Sequence record: MW879340.1
DNA: 64,000 nt
Direction: 5' to 3' (one strand)
The notes below the pieces were generated by a model, which ran no database searches, was not told where the DNA came from, and saw only the letters and a program-made list of their open reading frames with translations. Position 1 is the stretch's first letter. The number at the start of each line of letters is the position of its first letter. A program made the position numbers and the translations under genes. Below, piece after piece: positions 9,327 through 18,582 of this stretch.

Positions 9327-9737
9327 ATGGCTAAGGTCTATAGCAAGATAGTGGCAATCGCCTGTGACTTTGCTGGTGACTTCTCATTCCCTAAGCTCCG
9401 GGAATGTTTGCCGCCAAATACCCGCATTGTTGCACTGTACAATTTTGCCACCGCCACGCAATTCGCAGAAGACGTTAAGTCAGCGATGAAACGCAGCGAT
9501 GTCATTGTTGTCGATACCAGTGAGCACACATTACGCTTTCTTAAGATGTTGGATATTCCGTATCAGCTTATCTTTGTTGGTAACTATACCACGGATGACG
9601 AATACCGCCACATCAAGAACTGTCGCTTACAGCCGAACTGCATCCACACCGAGCTGGAAAAGCCGAGTGATTTCGATAAGTTAATTTGGCACTACCGTCC
9701 TGATACAGGGCTGTCCGTTGAATACCCATCGGCATAA
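9327..9737 (+). CDS. hypothetical protein, possibly a degenerate P-loop/kinase-like fold
   Basis: GAGGTG RBS; DVIVVD Walker-B-like strand but no intact Walker A. Confidence 0.7.
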   Translation: MAKVYSKIVAIACDFAGDFSFPKLRECLPPNTRIVALYNFATATQFAEDVKSAMKRSDVIVVDTSEHTLRFLKMLDIPYQLIFVGNYTTDDEYRHIKNCRLQPNCIHTELEKPSDFDKLIWHYRPDTGLSVEYPSA

Positions 9738-9788
9738 AAGCATGAGGGCTTCTACTCCTTTGCGGGAGTAGAAGCACCTCTATGCCGA
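9729..9788. terminator. bidirectional terminator, GGCATAAA..TATGCCG family
   Basis: Convergent junction; inner stem GCTTCTACTCC/GGAGTAGAAGC flanked by TCGGCATA/TATGCCGA. Confidence 0.8.
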
Positions 9789-10268
9789 TTATGGTTGTTT
9801 TTTATTTGCTTCGATGAAGGCTTTCTCTAAATCAGATAAGCCATTATCTTTTACTTCGTCACGTTTCTTCCCGTAACGAATAGCCTGCGCTGACAGCATC
9901 TTCTGTTTCGAGTAGGTATACTTCATCCATCTGTCGAAAGGAATCCCCAAGAACTCGAAGATCCGGTTATTGAGGTACTCTTCGATATACCCACCAAACC
10001 CACTGACCAACAAGGCGTCTTCTTGATCCACTTGGCTGACCAGTGAGAACGGCGATAGATCGGCATCGTGATTCACAAACCCATACGTATCGTCGTACAG
10101 CTCCAATAGCCGTAGTGTGGCAACTTCCTTGTCGCCACTGAGGAACTTGGGATCTGTTAATGCTGCTTCCCAAGCCCCACTACGATCACTGTAAGCGCTA
10201 CCGAAATCAGGGTGGATTAGATGTCGGCGCTCGCTATAGAACTGTTCAGCGTATTCGTTAAGAGGGTA
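9789..10268 (-). CDS. -1 frame extension of the upstream 550-aa protein (putative tail-assembly-chaperone GT-like part)
   Basis: Frame open from about 10305 to the stop at 9789; no ATG/GTG/TTG before TTG 10106, which lacks an RBS; entered by the slippery T TTT TTT at 10274-10268. Confidence 0.65.
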   Translation of the reverse strand, partial: YPLNEYAEQFYSERRHLIHPDFGSAYSDRSGAWEAALTDPKFLSGDKEVATLRLLELYDDTYGFVNHDADLSPFSLVSQVDQEDALLVSGFGGYIEEYLNNRIFEFLGIPFDRWMKYTYSKQKMLSAQAIRYGKKRDEVKDNGLSDLEKAFIEANKKQP

Positions 10269-11869
10269 AAAAAAGCTCGTTCCATGTTGACTGGCGTGAA
10301 CACAGGGAACTTCTCACCCACGGCCGGTTGACGCTGACCGCACGCGGTGCACTTGTAACGCGGCAGTGCAACTACACCGACCGTCATGTCGTTGATGAAG
10401 TTACCGACTTCTTTGTAGAAGCTTTCTTTGAAGGCCTCGTCCTTGCTGAGTTCTTTCAGTGCTTCGTACAGATCTTCTTCACCTTCAACGAAGCCGTCCA
10501 CCTGACCAGTAGAATCGAGGTAGTCAATACGACGGACCCAGTGAGCGTAGTTACGCAGTGCCGTAATAGCCGCTTGTTTGTTGATGTACTGAACACGTTG
10601 TTCACGGGTCAGCTCATCTTTAAACGACAGCGTTACGGAGTCTTCGATTGCATCCAGCCATGCATTACCTGCCAGCAGTTTGTTATCGATTGCCGGTACA
10701 CTGAACACAACACGCACACCCGGGGTGATATTCACAACGTTCTCACGAATCGCAGTGAAGTATTCCTGGTATGCCATGACCTGATCCAGCGTATGGCCGG
10801 ACTGGCGACGCATATGCGCTTGTTGTGCTTCAGTCAGACGGGCGTTGTCAATAATGATCATGCGGCCAATGTTGACTTTATGCACGTCGACGTTACCACA
10901 TTTGGCCGGATCAACCTGGCAAGGCTGTGCCAGCATGTAGCCGGAACGGAAACGCGCAGCCATGTAATAGCCAACGATCAGCGGGATGTCCTGGATCTTA
11001 ATGACCGCACCCAGTTCCTTCTTGTTGACTTTACCCATGGACGTACTGACGATCATGTTCGCCAGCATATCCCACAGGTGACGCAGCACGATCACGTCGG
11101 AGTTGGAGAAGACCAGACCCGCAGTACGACGACCCAACACAGACTTAGACGCCAGTACACGAGTATGGAAGTTAACCATCTCGTCTTCACCCGCAACCAA
11201 CAGCGTTAGCCAGATACCAGAATGCGGAATTGGGAAGGTGATGAAGTCACCGATCTGCATTTCCTGACGCGCACGCACCATCGCATCACGACCGGTCAGT
11301 CGCTCACCTTTCTTGTGTTTGCTGTTGTTGATGGTCGGGCGATAACCACCACGGACCTGGTTGTCGATCAGGATACCTTGCAGCCAGCGACTGTTTGTAC
11401 GCTCAACGGTGTCGGTCAACCCGTTCATGTAAGCCATGTGGTTGATAGACTGTTGTGTAGCGTTCAGCCATTCCATGGTTGCCGGCGCACCTTTCAAACG
11501 CACCATCTCACGGAACATTTCAGTTTCCGGAGAATCCGCTTTACCTTCATTAATCCCGTTCACGAGATCGTTGATGGTCATCTGGTCGCCGTGGGCTACG
11601 TGCAGTAATGCAGACAGCTCTTCGTACGGCTCCAGTACGCGGGAGATACGAGGATCGACAAACAGGTCATCGAGTTCGATCTCTGGGATTTCAGGCAGTT
11701 CCAGGCTCGGATCAAAACCTTCTTCCAGATCACCACCAGTTGGATCACTACCCGGACCTGACACGCCCGCATCACCGATTGGTTCTGGTGCAACGGCTAC
11801 GCCAGCAGAAGGTACCGGAATCGCATCAATGTCAATTGATACGTTTTCTTCGTTAGTTGGTTCAGTCAT
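10217..11869 (-). CDS. conserved jumbo-phage protein, putative tail/baseplate assembly chaperone (two Cys pairs)
   Basis: 550 aa; acidic N-terminus; CQVDPAKC and CTACG motifs; function inferred. Confidence 0.7.
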   Translation of the reverse strand: MTEPTNEENVSIDIDAIPVPSAGVAVAPEPIGDAGVSGPGSDPTGGDLEEGFDPSLELPEIPEIELDDLFVDPRISRVLEPYEELSALLHVAHGDQMTINDLVNGINEGKADSPETEMFREMVRLKGAPATMEWLNATQQSINHMAYMNGLTDTVERTNSRWLQGILIDNQVRGGYRPTINNSKHKKGERLTGRDAMVRARQEMQIGDFITFPIPHSGIWLTLLVAGEDEMVNFHTRVLASKSVLGRRTAGLVFSNSDVIVLRHLWDMLANMIVSTSMGKVNKKELGAVIKIQDIPLIVGYYMAARFRSGYMLAQPCQVDPAKCGNVDVHKVNIGRMIIIDNARLTEAQQAHMRRQSGHTLDQVMAYQEYFTAIRENVVNITPGVRVVFSVPAIDNKLLAGNAWLDAIEDSVTLSFKDELTREQRVQYINKQAAITALRNYAHWVRRIDYLDSTGQVDGFVEGEEDLYEALKELSKDEAFKESFYKEVGNFINDMTVGVVALPRYKCTACGQRQPAVGEKFPVFTPVNMERAFFTLLTNTLNSSIASADI

Positions 11870-11871
11870 GC

Positions 11872-12321
11872 TTAATTACCCTTTTGGTCGTTTTGCGCTT
11901 TCAATGCGGCAGCGTGAGCCTGTTCGTTAGAGTTAAACAACGGCACGAAGTAATTGTCCCAGAGCTGCAACATGTTGCTTTGAATAAGGACATATTCTTC
12001 ATGAATCGCCAGGAACTGTGCGATATCACTTGCAGCCATCGCATTACCTTTACGTCCAAGGTGTTTAGGATGAATGGCTGCGAGCTGTTGTTCGGTATTC
12101 TGAATGCAGGTCAGCAACGTTTCGATGCATGGATTCAGAATATTAGGATTCGGATGGAAATGGATAATGTTTGGATTAACCGCGAGCATGCACTGATTAC
12201 GATACTGCTGGAGCAGCTCAATCGTATAGTGTCTAACACCGGTTTCCAGGTATTCCCAGTTGCTCTCGGGCGCTGGTTGTGCCTCTGGTTTTGCCAGTGG
12301 ATAGAGTGGTGTGGTTGACAT
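11872..12321 (-). CDS. hypothetical protein
   Basis: AAGGA RBS; tiles directly into the next minus-strand gene. Confidence 0.75.
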   Translation of the reverse strand: MSTTPLYPLAKPEAQPAPESNWEYLETGVRHYTIELLQQYRNQCMLAVNPNIIHFHPNPNILNPCIETLLTCIQNTEQQLAAIHPKHLGRKGNAMAASDIAQFLAIHEEYVLIQSNMLQLWDNYFVPLFNSNEQAHAAALKAQNDQKGN

Positions 12322-12416
12322 ATTTTGGACGTCCTTAACAAATCAAAAAGAATAGGGCCTTCATATATTGATACGGCAAATGTAACAGAATACCAATTAA
12401 TGAAGAGAGTGCGTGA

Positions 12417-13259
12417 ATGAGCGACTTCAGTGAACTGAATGAATATTTGATGCCGTTGATCAGCGTCGAGCGCCGTGAGCGCATTATCACAGCCTGCCAG
12501 GAGCTGTCCAACGCGGGTTATAATCAGGTCCAGCCTGACGTTGATCGTTTGTTAAACATGTCCAATGATGGCGAAGCAGATTCGGTGATTGATGATCTGC
12601 ACGCCCAGTTGTTCGAACACCTGTACAGCATTACCCTTGACCTTGGTTTCGTGTGGCCGGAAGAAATCAACTGGGTGGAGGACTTCAACCTGCTGTCTGA
12701 CATTCTGCATGGCATAACCTTGCTTGACAATGTCGAAGATTACGGTGAGATCACCCGTGTGTTGAACGATGACCTGATGTCGAATGAAGAGAAGGTGGTT
12801 GACATTCTTTCTTCAACGTTGGCAAAAGACATGCATCTGATCATGGAGCGTGTTCAGGAAGTCATGCCTGAAACCCTCGAAGGCATTGCCACATCCATTG
12901 TCACCCCGTACGCCGAAGAAGACAGTGAACCACCAACCAAAGAACTGGACTACGTCAAAGAACGTCTGGTGCGGTTCGAGGCTAAACTCTACCAAGGTTT
13001 GGCATACACTTACATTGCCTCTGGCGGCGCACTGGGTGTGACCTATGACTCATTGCTGTTGATGTACAACGATCAGCTGGGTGCGTTGATTGATTACGAT
13101 AAAACCATTTTGACGCAGGAGCTGATTGGCTTTGCGCTGGTGAGCGATATCATCGACGACATGCTGCAAGATGAAGTTTGCAAGCAGCTGGATATTTACA
13201 TTGACGATAAACTGACACTGCAACCGTTGGGTGCCATCGTAACAGGATTCTTCGCATGA
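12417..13259 (+). CDS. acidic conserved hypothetical protein
   Basis: 280 aa; ATGA-coupled to the RNAP subunit gene. Confidence 0.8.
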   Translation: MSDFSELNEYLMPLISVERRERIITACQELSNAGYNQVQPDVDRLLNMSNDGEADSVIDDLHAQLFEHLYSITLDLGFVWPEEINWVEDFNLLSDILHGITLLDNVEDYGEITRVLNDDLMSNEEKVVDILSSTLAKDMHLIMERVQEVMPETLEGIATSIVTPYAEEDSEPPTKELDYVKERLVRFEAKLYQGLAYTYIASGGALGVTYDSLLLMYNDQLGALIDYDKTILTQELIGFALVSDIIDDMLQDEVCKQLDIYIDDKLTLQPLGAIVTGFFA

Positions 13260-14566
13260 ATCAGAAAGAGTTCTTATTAGCCTCGATTCGAAATCAGGCC
13301 TATCGACACCGTGCTTGGGTGTTCAGCACCCTGTCAATTACCAGTCATGATTTTGACTGGGACTTCCCGGACCGCTCACAGGGGCTGGCACCGTTCCAGA
13401 TCCTGCGTGGGCCTCAAAACGATCGCGTGTTCTTCTGGAATCCCGATAGTCAGGTGATGGAAGAGCTGACGGGCATTGATCCTAACTTCCCAGCGTTTCG
13501 TCCTGATGACGAGATCACACTGGACAGTAGCGACTGGTCCATCATCAAAGAACCTACGGTAACCAAGTTCGGTCGCATACTGACAAACCTGTACTACTTC
13601 TACGACGTACTGGGTGATCGTGCACCGTTCTTTAATCAGGAATTCAGCAAAGGGATGCTGGAAAGTTTCTTCAAGAAATACTTCCGCAATAAAGACCATC
13701 CCAAGTATAACGACCCTGACACTATCACGTACGATCAGTTCAAGGCCTGCATTAACAACGGTTTCTCCATGGCGCCGTTCAGCCGAGTTTGTGTGGCGAC
13801 GGCTTGTCCTGAAACCATGTATCCGCCACGTTGGTTAGTGGAGATGCGTGACAAGTTGTTCGAAGAGCACAAAGACCAGCTGTCCGATCCACTGGTAATG
13901 GGGCGTATTCAGGAGCAGCTGCTGAAAGCGTACAAAGAGTTCTTGGCTACTACACCTTCAAAGAACTCGTTCATCAAAGCGAAGACCATCAACGACGCCT
14001 TCAACAAAATGTTTGTGTCCGGTGGTATTTCAACGAACTTTGGTGTGTCAACCGTTGTAACCCGTTCCTTGTACGAAGGCTGGGATCTTAAACAACTACC
14101 TGCGCTGGCTAACTCCTCCATCGAAGCGTCCTTCGGTCGTGGTGCGTCTACAGCGGATGGCGGTGAAAAGGTTAAGATGCTGATTCGTGCCACACAGAAC
14201 ATCATGATCACGCAGGATGATTGTGGTGCAACCCTGGGTATTCCATGGACGGTTGACCAGCATGTGATTAAGAGCCAGGTGGATGCGTACGGCATTATCA
14301 ACGGCAAGACCGTGCTGTTGACCCCTGAGATCCTTCAGGCCAACTTAGGGAAAGCGATGTTGATTCGTTCCCCTGATTTCTGTAAGAAGTCTCATGGCGA
14401 CACCTGTCGTTACTGTGCTGGCGCACACAACGCCACTAACGATCGTGGTACGTCATCTGGTGCTTCAGCAATCGGTTCTAAGATCATGCTACTTTCCATG
14501 AAGGCAATGCACAAAGGTTCTAAGATCGATCTGGTTGAATTGGATCTTGATGAGATCTTCTTCTAA
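13256..14566 (+). CDS. rpoC: RNA polymerase beta'-like subunit (C-terminal part, split phage RNAP, probably the virion RNAP)
   Basis: ITQDDCG...LIRSPDFC-x6-C-x2-C matches the second beta' zinc site (E. coli ITEDDCG...RSVVSC..VCAHC); GRGASTADGG resembles the trigger-helix region. Confidence 0.85.
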   Translation: MNQKEFLLASIRNQAYRHRAWVFSTLSITSHDFDWDFPDRSQGLAPFQILRGPQNDRVFFWNPDSQVMEELTGIDPNFPAFRPDDEITLDSSDWSIIKEPTVTKFGRILTNLYYFYDVLGDRAPFFNQEFSKGMLESFFKKYFRNKDHPKYNDPDTITYDQFKACINNGFSMAPFSRVCVATACPETMYPPRWLVEMRDKLFEEHKDQLSDPLVMGRIQEQLLKAYKEFLATTPSKNSFIKAKTINDAFNKMFVSGGISTNFGVSTVVTRSLYEGWDLKQLPALANSSIEASFGRGASTADGGEKVKMLIRATQNIMITQDDCGATLGIPWTVDQHVIKSQVDAYGIINGKTVLLTPEILQANLGKAMLIRSPDFCKKSHGDTCRYCAGAHNATNDRGTSSGASAIGSKIMLLSMKAMHKGSKIDLVELDLDEIFF

Positions 14567-14575
14567 GGGGTCATA

Positions 14576-15217
14576 ATGCTTGAATCGATATTAGGGGGAA
14601 AACACACGCCCTGGGTTCCGCCGTCTATGGATGCGAACACGTTATTCAGATTGGTAGATTTTAAAGCCACTACCGATATCGTGGATCGAGGACCTAGTGG
14701 GATAGTGGTGGCGCGCAATGGTGCGCCTGATGTTGGGACGGATGATATCTATTCGTACATTCAATTCACAGCCGGTAAGTATTTAACATTCACGTCGTCG
14801 TTATTAAACCGCACTAATATTGAGTTGACGTGGGTGGTTGGAGAGATAACGAAGTTAACCACGCCATACTCTGGGCCGTTGTTGGACACACGACCTATGG
14901 GAACTAATGGTAATTATCACATCCTTACTATTAACCAGCATCAGGCCGCACCGTTTACAATGAATTATAATTACCCTTCCAGCAGCACAGCAGGGTTAAA
15001 TACTTCAATTAAACCAAACGATGGTCCGTATGTTATTAAACTTCAACTCCGATCGACTGGCACTCGTATTCTGGTTAACGATGCGGTGTTCTATGGCACC
15101 ACTCAGACATCATCACTGGATACGACATATATGAAAATCGGACGTAGTGCGTTCTATAATCCGGTGCCTGATCTACAGTTACGGCTGTACTTCTTTGAGA
15201 TCAAAGCCCTAACTTAA
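14576..15217 (+). CDS. putative virion accessory protein, ConA-like domain, MLESILGG N-terminus
   Basis: AAGGGG RBS; beta-rich; AT-richer codons than its neighbours by eye. Confidence 0.65.
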   Translation: MLESILGGKHTPWVPPSMDANTLFRLVDFKATTDIVDRGPSGIVVARNGAPDVGTDDIYSYIQFTAGKYLTFTSSLLNRTNIELTWVVGEITKLTTPYSGPLLDTRPMGTNGNYHILTINQHQAAPFTMNYNYPSSSTAGLNTSIKPNDGPYVIKLQLRSTGTRILVNDAVFYGTTQTSSLDTTYMKIGRSAFYNPVPDLQLRLYFFEIKALT

Positions 15218-15240
15218 TTCATTCCTACATTACTAAGGTG
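15216..15240 (+). promoter_or_regulatory. putative early promoter
   Basis: AATTCA-TTC-CTACATTACTAAGGTG; the 17-mer 15224-15240 is identical to 6463-6479. Confidence 0.7.
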
Positions 15241-15282
15241 GTCATCCAAACGGGTGGCTGCTTTAGTAATCCTTTTATGCCG
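15229..15282 (+). terminator. 19-bp hairpin terminator with TTTTATGCCG tail, overlapping the early promoter
   Basis: 15229-15247 pairs with 15252-15270 (5 GU pairs), AAAC loop. Confidence 0.7.
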
Positions 15283-15296
15283 ATCAGGAGATTAAC

Positions 15297-15665
15297 ATGT
15301 CAGACAAAAACGTAATAGAAGTTGTGTTCGATACTCGTAGTCCGGATTTTAGTAGTGGTGCTCAGCACGCTTCATTGATTAATCAGGTGGACGAATTGCT
15401 ACGTTCCGGTAAATTGTACAACAAACTCGAGATCACACAATGGGCGGCGTACGATAACGGTGAACTGGTAACAAGCGATGAGAATGTCCATGTTCCTATT
15501 TATCGTCATTTTTACCACGACCAGAAACATAATAAATTTGGTGGTGGGTTCATGCTGTTTGAGTTGTTAGAAGATCTGAGACGTTATTACGATTTCGCTG
15601 ATTTCCTCCCAGGGATGTCAGAGAACTTTGAAATGACTTACACCATCACCGTTACAGTGGCATAA
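15297..15665 (+). CDS. early hypothetical protein
   Basis: AGGAG RBS. Confidence 0.8.
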   Translation: MSDKNVIEVVFDTRSPDFSSGAQHASLINQVDELLRSGKLYNKLEITQWAAYDNGELVTSDENVHVPIYRHFYHDQKHNKFGGGFMLFELLEDLRRYYDFADFLPGMSENFEMTYTITVTVA

Positions 15666-15765
15666 CCTCAGTCATCCAGCGATAGGTACCTGGCATTAGT
15701 TAAGTTGGACATAAAGAACCTATCTTACTGATAGTAGACCTATGTCCGAATTAAAGGAGTGTTGT

Positions 15766-16572
15766 ATGTACGTGTTAGTAATACTAACGGTATCAGGGAC
15801 TGACACTAAGCATCTATCGGTAATTGACGAAGATGGAAAGAAGGAGTTCGCCGGCATGTTGCTAGGCCGTCGAGCACAGAAGGGTGAGATCGCCAATGCT
15901 CACTTTCGTAAGGTACTGGCCGAATCAGTAAGCCAGCATGTGGATGTGCAAACGCTGTCACCCGATGGGGCTGACGGATGGGAAACTAAAGAGGAGGCCG
16001 TACGTCAAGGGTATGCGTACATCAATAGCCAAATCGCCATTCACAATAACAAGGATCTGCGTGAGATCGTTAACATCGGCGACTGGTTAGACAAACCTGG
16101 CTGTGTAGGTTGGGGCGATGGTAGTAAGCAATACACAACCAGCCTAATTCGCATGGTCATGCGTACCAATGCCTGGGATGCCCAGTTGACGTTAAACCCA
16201 ATCCCTGAGAACAAGTGGCCAGAAGACTGCGATCGCTTTACCGAAAAGACAGACGAACCCATCATCTACAAAGATGAGCGTGAAGACTCATGGGCTTGCA
16301 TCATGATCAAACACACGGAAGACCCTGGCTTTGTGGTGCTGGTAACCCGTGATGTTCGCGCAGTGGAAGAGAACCCACAACGTTATTATCAGGCGGTGTA
16401 TAAAAAGCTACCACGCTTTGCCCGCATGGTGGATCGTTACCAGGGTGAAGATCTTTACTATCAGGTCATCACAGCAGGGTCAGAAGATCGTTGCCGTAAC
16501 AAAGCACGTGAGATGCTGGCGAAGTACGTGGATGATATTCGTTGTCTTAACTTTGAATCGGGGAATTGGTAA
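15766..16572 (+). CDS. hypothetical protein, degenerate GIY-YIG-like domain(s)
   Basis: AAGGAG RBS before ATG 15766; NIGDWLD motif shared with 20103..20897. Confidence 0.7.
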   Translation: MYVLVILTVSGTDTKHLSVIDEDGKKEFAGMLLGRRAQKGEIANAHFRKVLAESVSQHVDVQTLSPDGADGWETKEEAVRQGYAYINSQIAIHNNKDLREIVNIGDWLDKPGCVGWGDGSKQYTTSLIRMVMRTNAWDAQLTLNPIPENKWPEDCDRFTEKTDEPIIYKDEREDSWACIMIKHTEDPGFVVLVTRDVRAVEENPQRYYQAVYKKLPRFARMVDRYQGEDLYYQVITAGSEDRCRNKAREMLAKYVDDIRCLNFESGNW

Positions 16573-17198
16573 TGTCAGAACTTGTAGAACGCGCTCAGCT
16601 AATCGCAATGATTGCGCATGACGCTGTAGGCCAGAAACGTAAGTTCACCGGTGAGTCGTATTGGTATCATCCGCGGGCGGTTGCAGAACTTATCGCTAAA
16701 CATACAACTGATGAGAACCTGATTGCCGCTGCCTGGGTGCATGATGTACCGGAAGACACCGGGGTTGGTGAAGGGCATATTGCGGCACAGCTCGGGTTGC
16801 CGGTGTTTAACCTGGTCCTTGACGTTACCAAGCAGGCGCCTTACGGTGAAGGCGATAGTCGCAATACGTTGCATGAGATCAAACGCCAGATCAGCATGCG
16901 CACGGATAGTCAGTTATTAAAGCTGTGCGACATTCAGTGCAACATCGCTGACATGAACCCGGCGTGCGGTATGGAGTTCATCATCGAGTGGCTACCTAAG
17001 AAACTTGCGGTGGTGCTGGGTATAAAAATGAACACACCGGTGTACAGTGTAATCTGTGATGAAACTGTCCAGCTGGCACGTACGTTGGTGAAACGTCATT
17101 TTCCAATGCTACACTCAGGTCGTCTTTACGCCGAAAGCACACACCTGTTAGGAAGAGCCATGGCCTTCAACCCGGAAGAGGAACTCGCCGATGACTAA
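16572..17198 (+). CDS. HD-domain hydrolase of the RelA/SpoT (small alarmone hydrolase, Mesh1-like) type
   Basis: AH..GQKRK.TGESY..HP..V, AAWVHDVPEDT, LKLCD..CN; TAATG coupling. Confidence 0.8.
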   Translation: MSELVERAQLIAMIAHDAVGQKRKFTGESYWYHPRAVAELIAKHTTDENLIAAAWVHDVPEDTGVGEGHIAAQLGLPVFNLVLDVTKQAPYGEGDSRNTLHEIKRQISMRTDSQLLKLCDIQCNIADMNPACGMEFIIEWLPKKLAVVLGIKMNTPVYSVICDETVQLARTLVKRHFPMLHSGRLYAESTHLLGRAMAFNPEEELADD

Positions 17199-17502
17199 GT
17201 CAACCTTCGTTATTACCATCGCACGCTTTGATCAGGAACACTTTAATTTCTGCAAGCACATCCAGTCCTTACGCAAGAAGAACATCGAGCCTAAGGTAGA
17301 GTTGATTGGGTTTGTGGTGTACGACGGTCAGACCGTAGCAGGACAGGATAATACTCGCCGTATTGACCTGAGCAAAATACCTGACCAGTACGGCATGCTG
17401 GATGAGCAGGAGGTTATCCTGGCAATCAACGCGATCTACGGCACTAGTTTCCCGGATACCTGCAAGGTGTCGAAGGCGCTTGAGGTGAGCTATGAGTCGT
17501 AA
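17191..17502 (+). CDS. hypothetical protein
   Basis: GAGGA RBS; overlaps neighbours. Confidence 0.75.
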   Translation: MTKSTFVITIARFDQEHFNFCKHIQSLRKKNIEPKVELIGFVVYDGQTVAGQDNTRRIDLSKIPDQYGMLDEQEVILAINAIYGTSFPDTCKVSKALEVSYES

Positions 17503-17866
17503 GCAGCGCGCGCGTAATAACGTCCTGCTGGTCAACAATGATGAATGGAATGAGCGTTTCTTTAAAGCCTGTCAGGCAGCAAAGGACAATCGCTTCATCG
17601 ACCAGAAGGTCGCGATCATCGGGTGGAAAGCTTACCGTCGTGGCGGTATGATCGATTACCGTGGTGAGACCAACATCGACATCACGGTGACGGCAATGAC
17701 CATGGTAAACCCGCCCAGTTTCAGCGAATACATCAAGCTCATCAACGAGCACGATAAAGCGGGCATCAACGACGATGGTGAGGTGACGTTAAGCCTCACC
17801 ATCGAAATTAGTTACTACGCTAAGAAGAAACCGGTGGTGAGTCATGCGAGTAGTCACGGTAGTTAA
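17492..17866 (+). CDS. hypothetical protein
   Basis: GAGGTGAG RBS. Confidence 0.75.
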   Translation: MSRKQRARNNVLLVNNDEWNERFFKACQAAKDNRFIDQKVAIIGWKAYRRGGMIDYRGETNIDITVTAMTMVNPPSFSEYIKLINEHDKAGINDDGEVTLSLTIEISYYAKKKPVVSHASSHGS

Positions 17867-18200
17867 GTTTAAAAAGGATGTTATTCATCCGTACCTTAGC
17901 CAGCCTGAACATGACACTATACGTTACACCCCAGACATTGAAAAGCTGGGTACGGTATTGAACGTGTTCCAGGAAGACAAAGGTATCTTTGCGTGGAAGC
18001 TGCTGAGTAGTCTGTGGGATGATGAAGGTCAAGACTACTACCGTGTGGTTGACGCCGGTGAGATGGATGATCTAATCCAGGGATTGCTTAATGGTAGCAG
18101 TACTTCCCGTGGTAGTATCATGACGGATGACTTCACCAAAATTGCTGTTGATGTTGATTTCAAAACAGAGCGTCTTGGCTGGCGATTGGAAGAAGTGTGA
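17844..18200 (+). CDS. hypothetical protein
   Basis: GGTGAG upstream; tiling. Confidence 0.7.
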   Translation: MRVVTVVKFKKDVIHPYLSQPEHDTIRYTPDIEKLGTVLNVFQEDKGIFAWKLLSSLWDDEGQDYYRVVDAGEMDDLIQGLLNGSSTSRGSIMTDDFTKIAVDVDFKTERLGWRLEEV

Positions 18201-18221
18201 CATACTTCCTCTCGCAGCAAA

Positions 18222-18232
18222 CGATCTTATGT
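18222..18232 (+). promoter_or_regulatory. putative late promoter CGATCTTATGT
   Basis: One of 3 identical copies. Confidence 0.5.
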
Positions 18233-18254
18233 GTTTTACACACTTGGAGCTATC

Positions 18255-18581
18255 ATGAAAGAAACACTCATGGTCACTGACGAAGCCTATCGCAGTGATA
18301 TGGAGCGGTTGTGGCGTAAGATTCGTACCTTACGTGACACCACCGAATACAAAGACGTTACCTTTACCCTACAGAACTGGATGATCGCCTGTGACGGCGA
18401 GAACCTCAAGTCGGGTCTTGCAGCTAACGTCAGCATGACTGATCTGTTCTTCAAGCTATCCCAGCAGCCGACCAACGCAGAAATGCTTGCGGTTATGGTG
18501 GCAGGTGGTCTGGATGCAGACAGTGATCTACCGGTGTTGCTAACCTTTACGCTTGATGTGCAGTACACACGTATCAACTAA
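18255..18581 (+). CDS. hypothetical protein
   Basis: GGAG RBS before ATG 18255. Confidence 0.75.
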   Translation: MKETLMVTDEAYRSDMERLWRKIRTLRDTTEYKDVTFTLQNWMIACDGENLKSGLAANVSMTDLFFKLSQQPTNAEMLAVMVAGGLDADSDLPVLLTFTLDVQYTRIN

Positions 18582-18582
18582 A

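Noticed and set aside
9789-10106. Independent 105-aa gene starting at TTG 10106
   Set aside because: No Shine-Dalgarno sequence, and the frame stays open about 65 codons further upstream through a slippery site; frameshift entry preferred (see findings).
10328-11930. Several plus-strand ORFs (293, 128, 164 aa) over the 550-aa gene
   Set aside because: Antisense shadows without RBS support.
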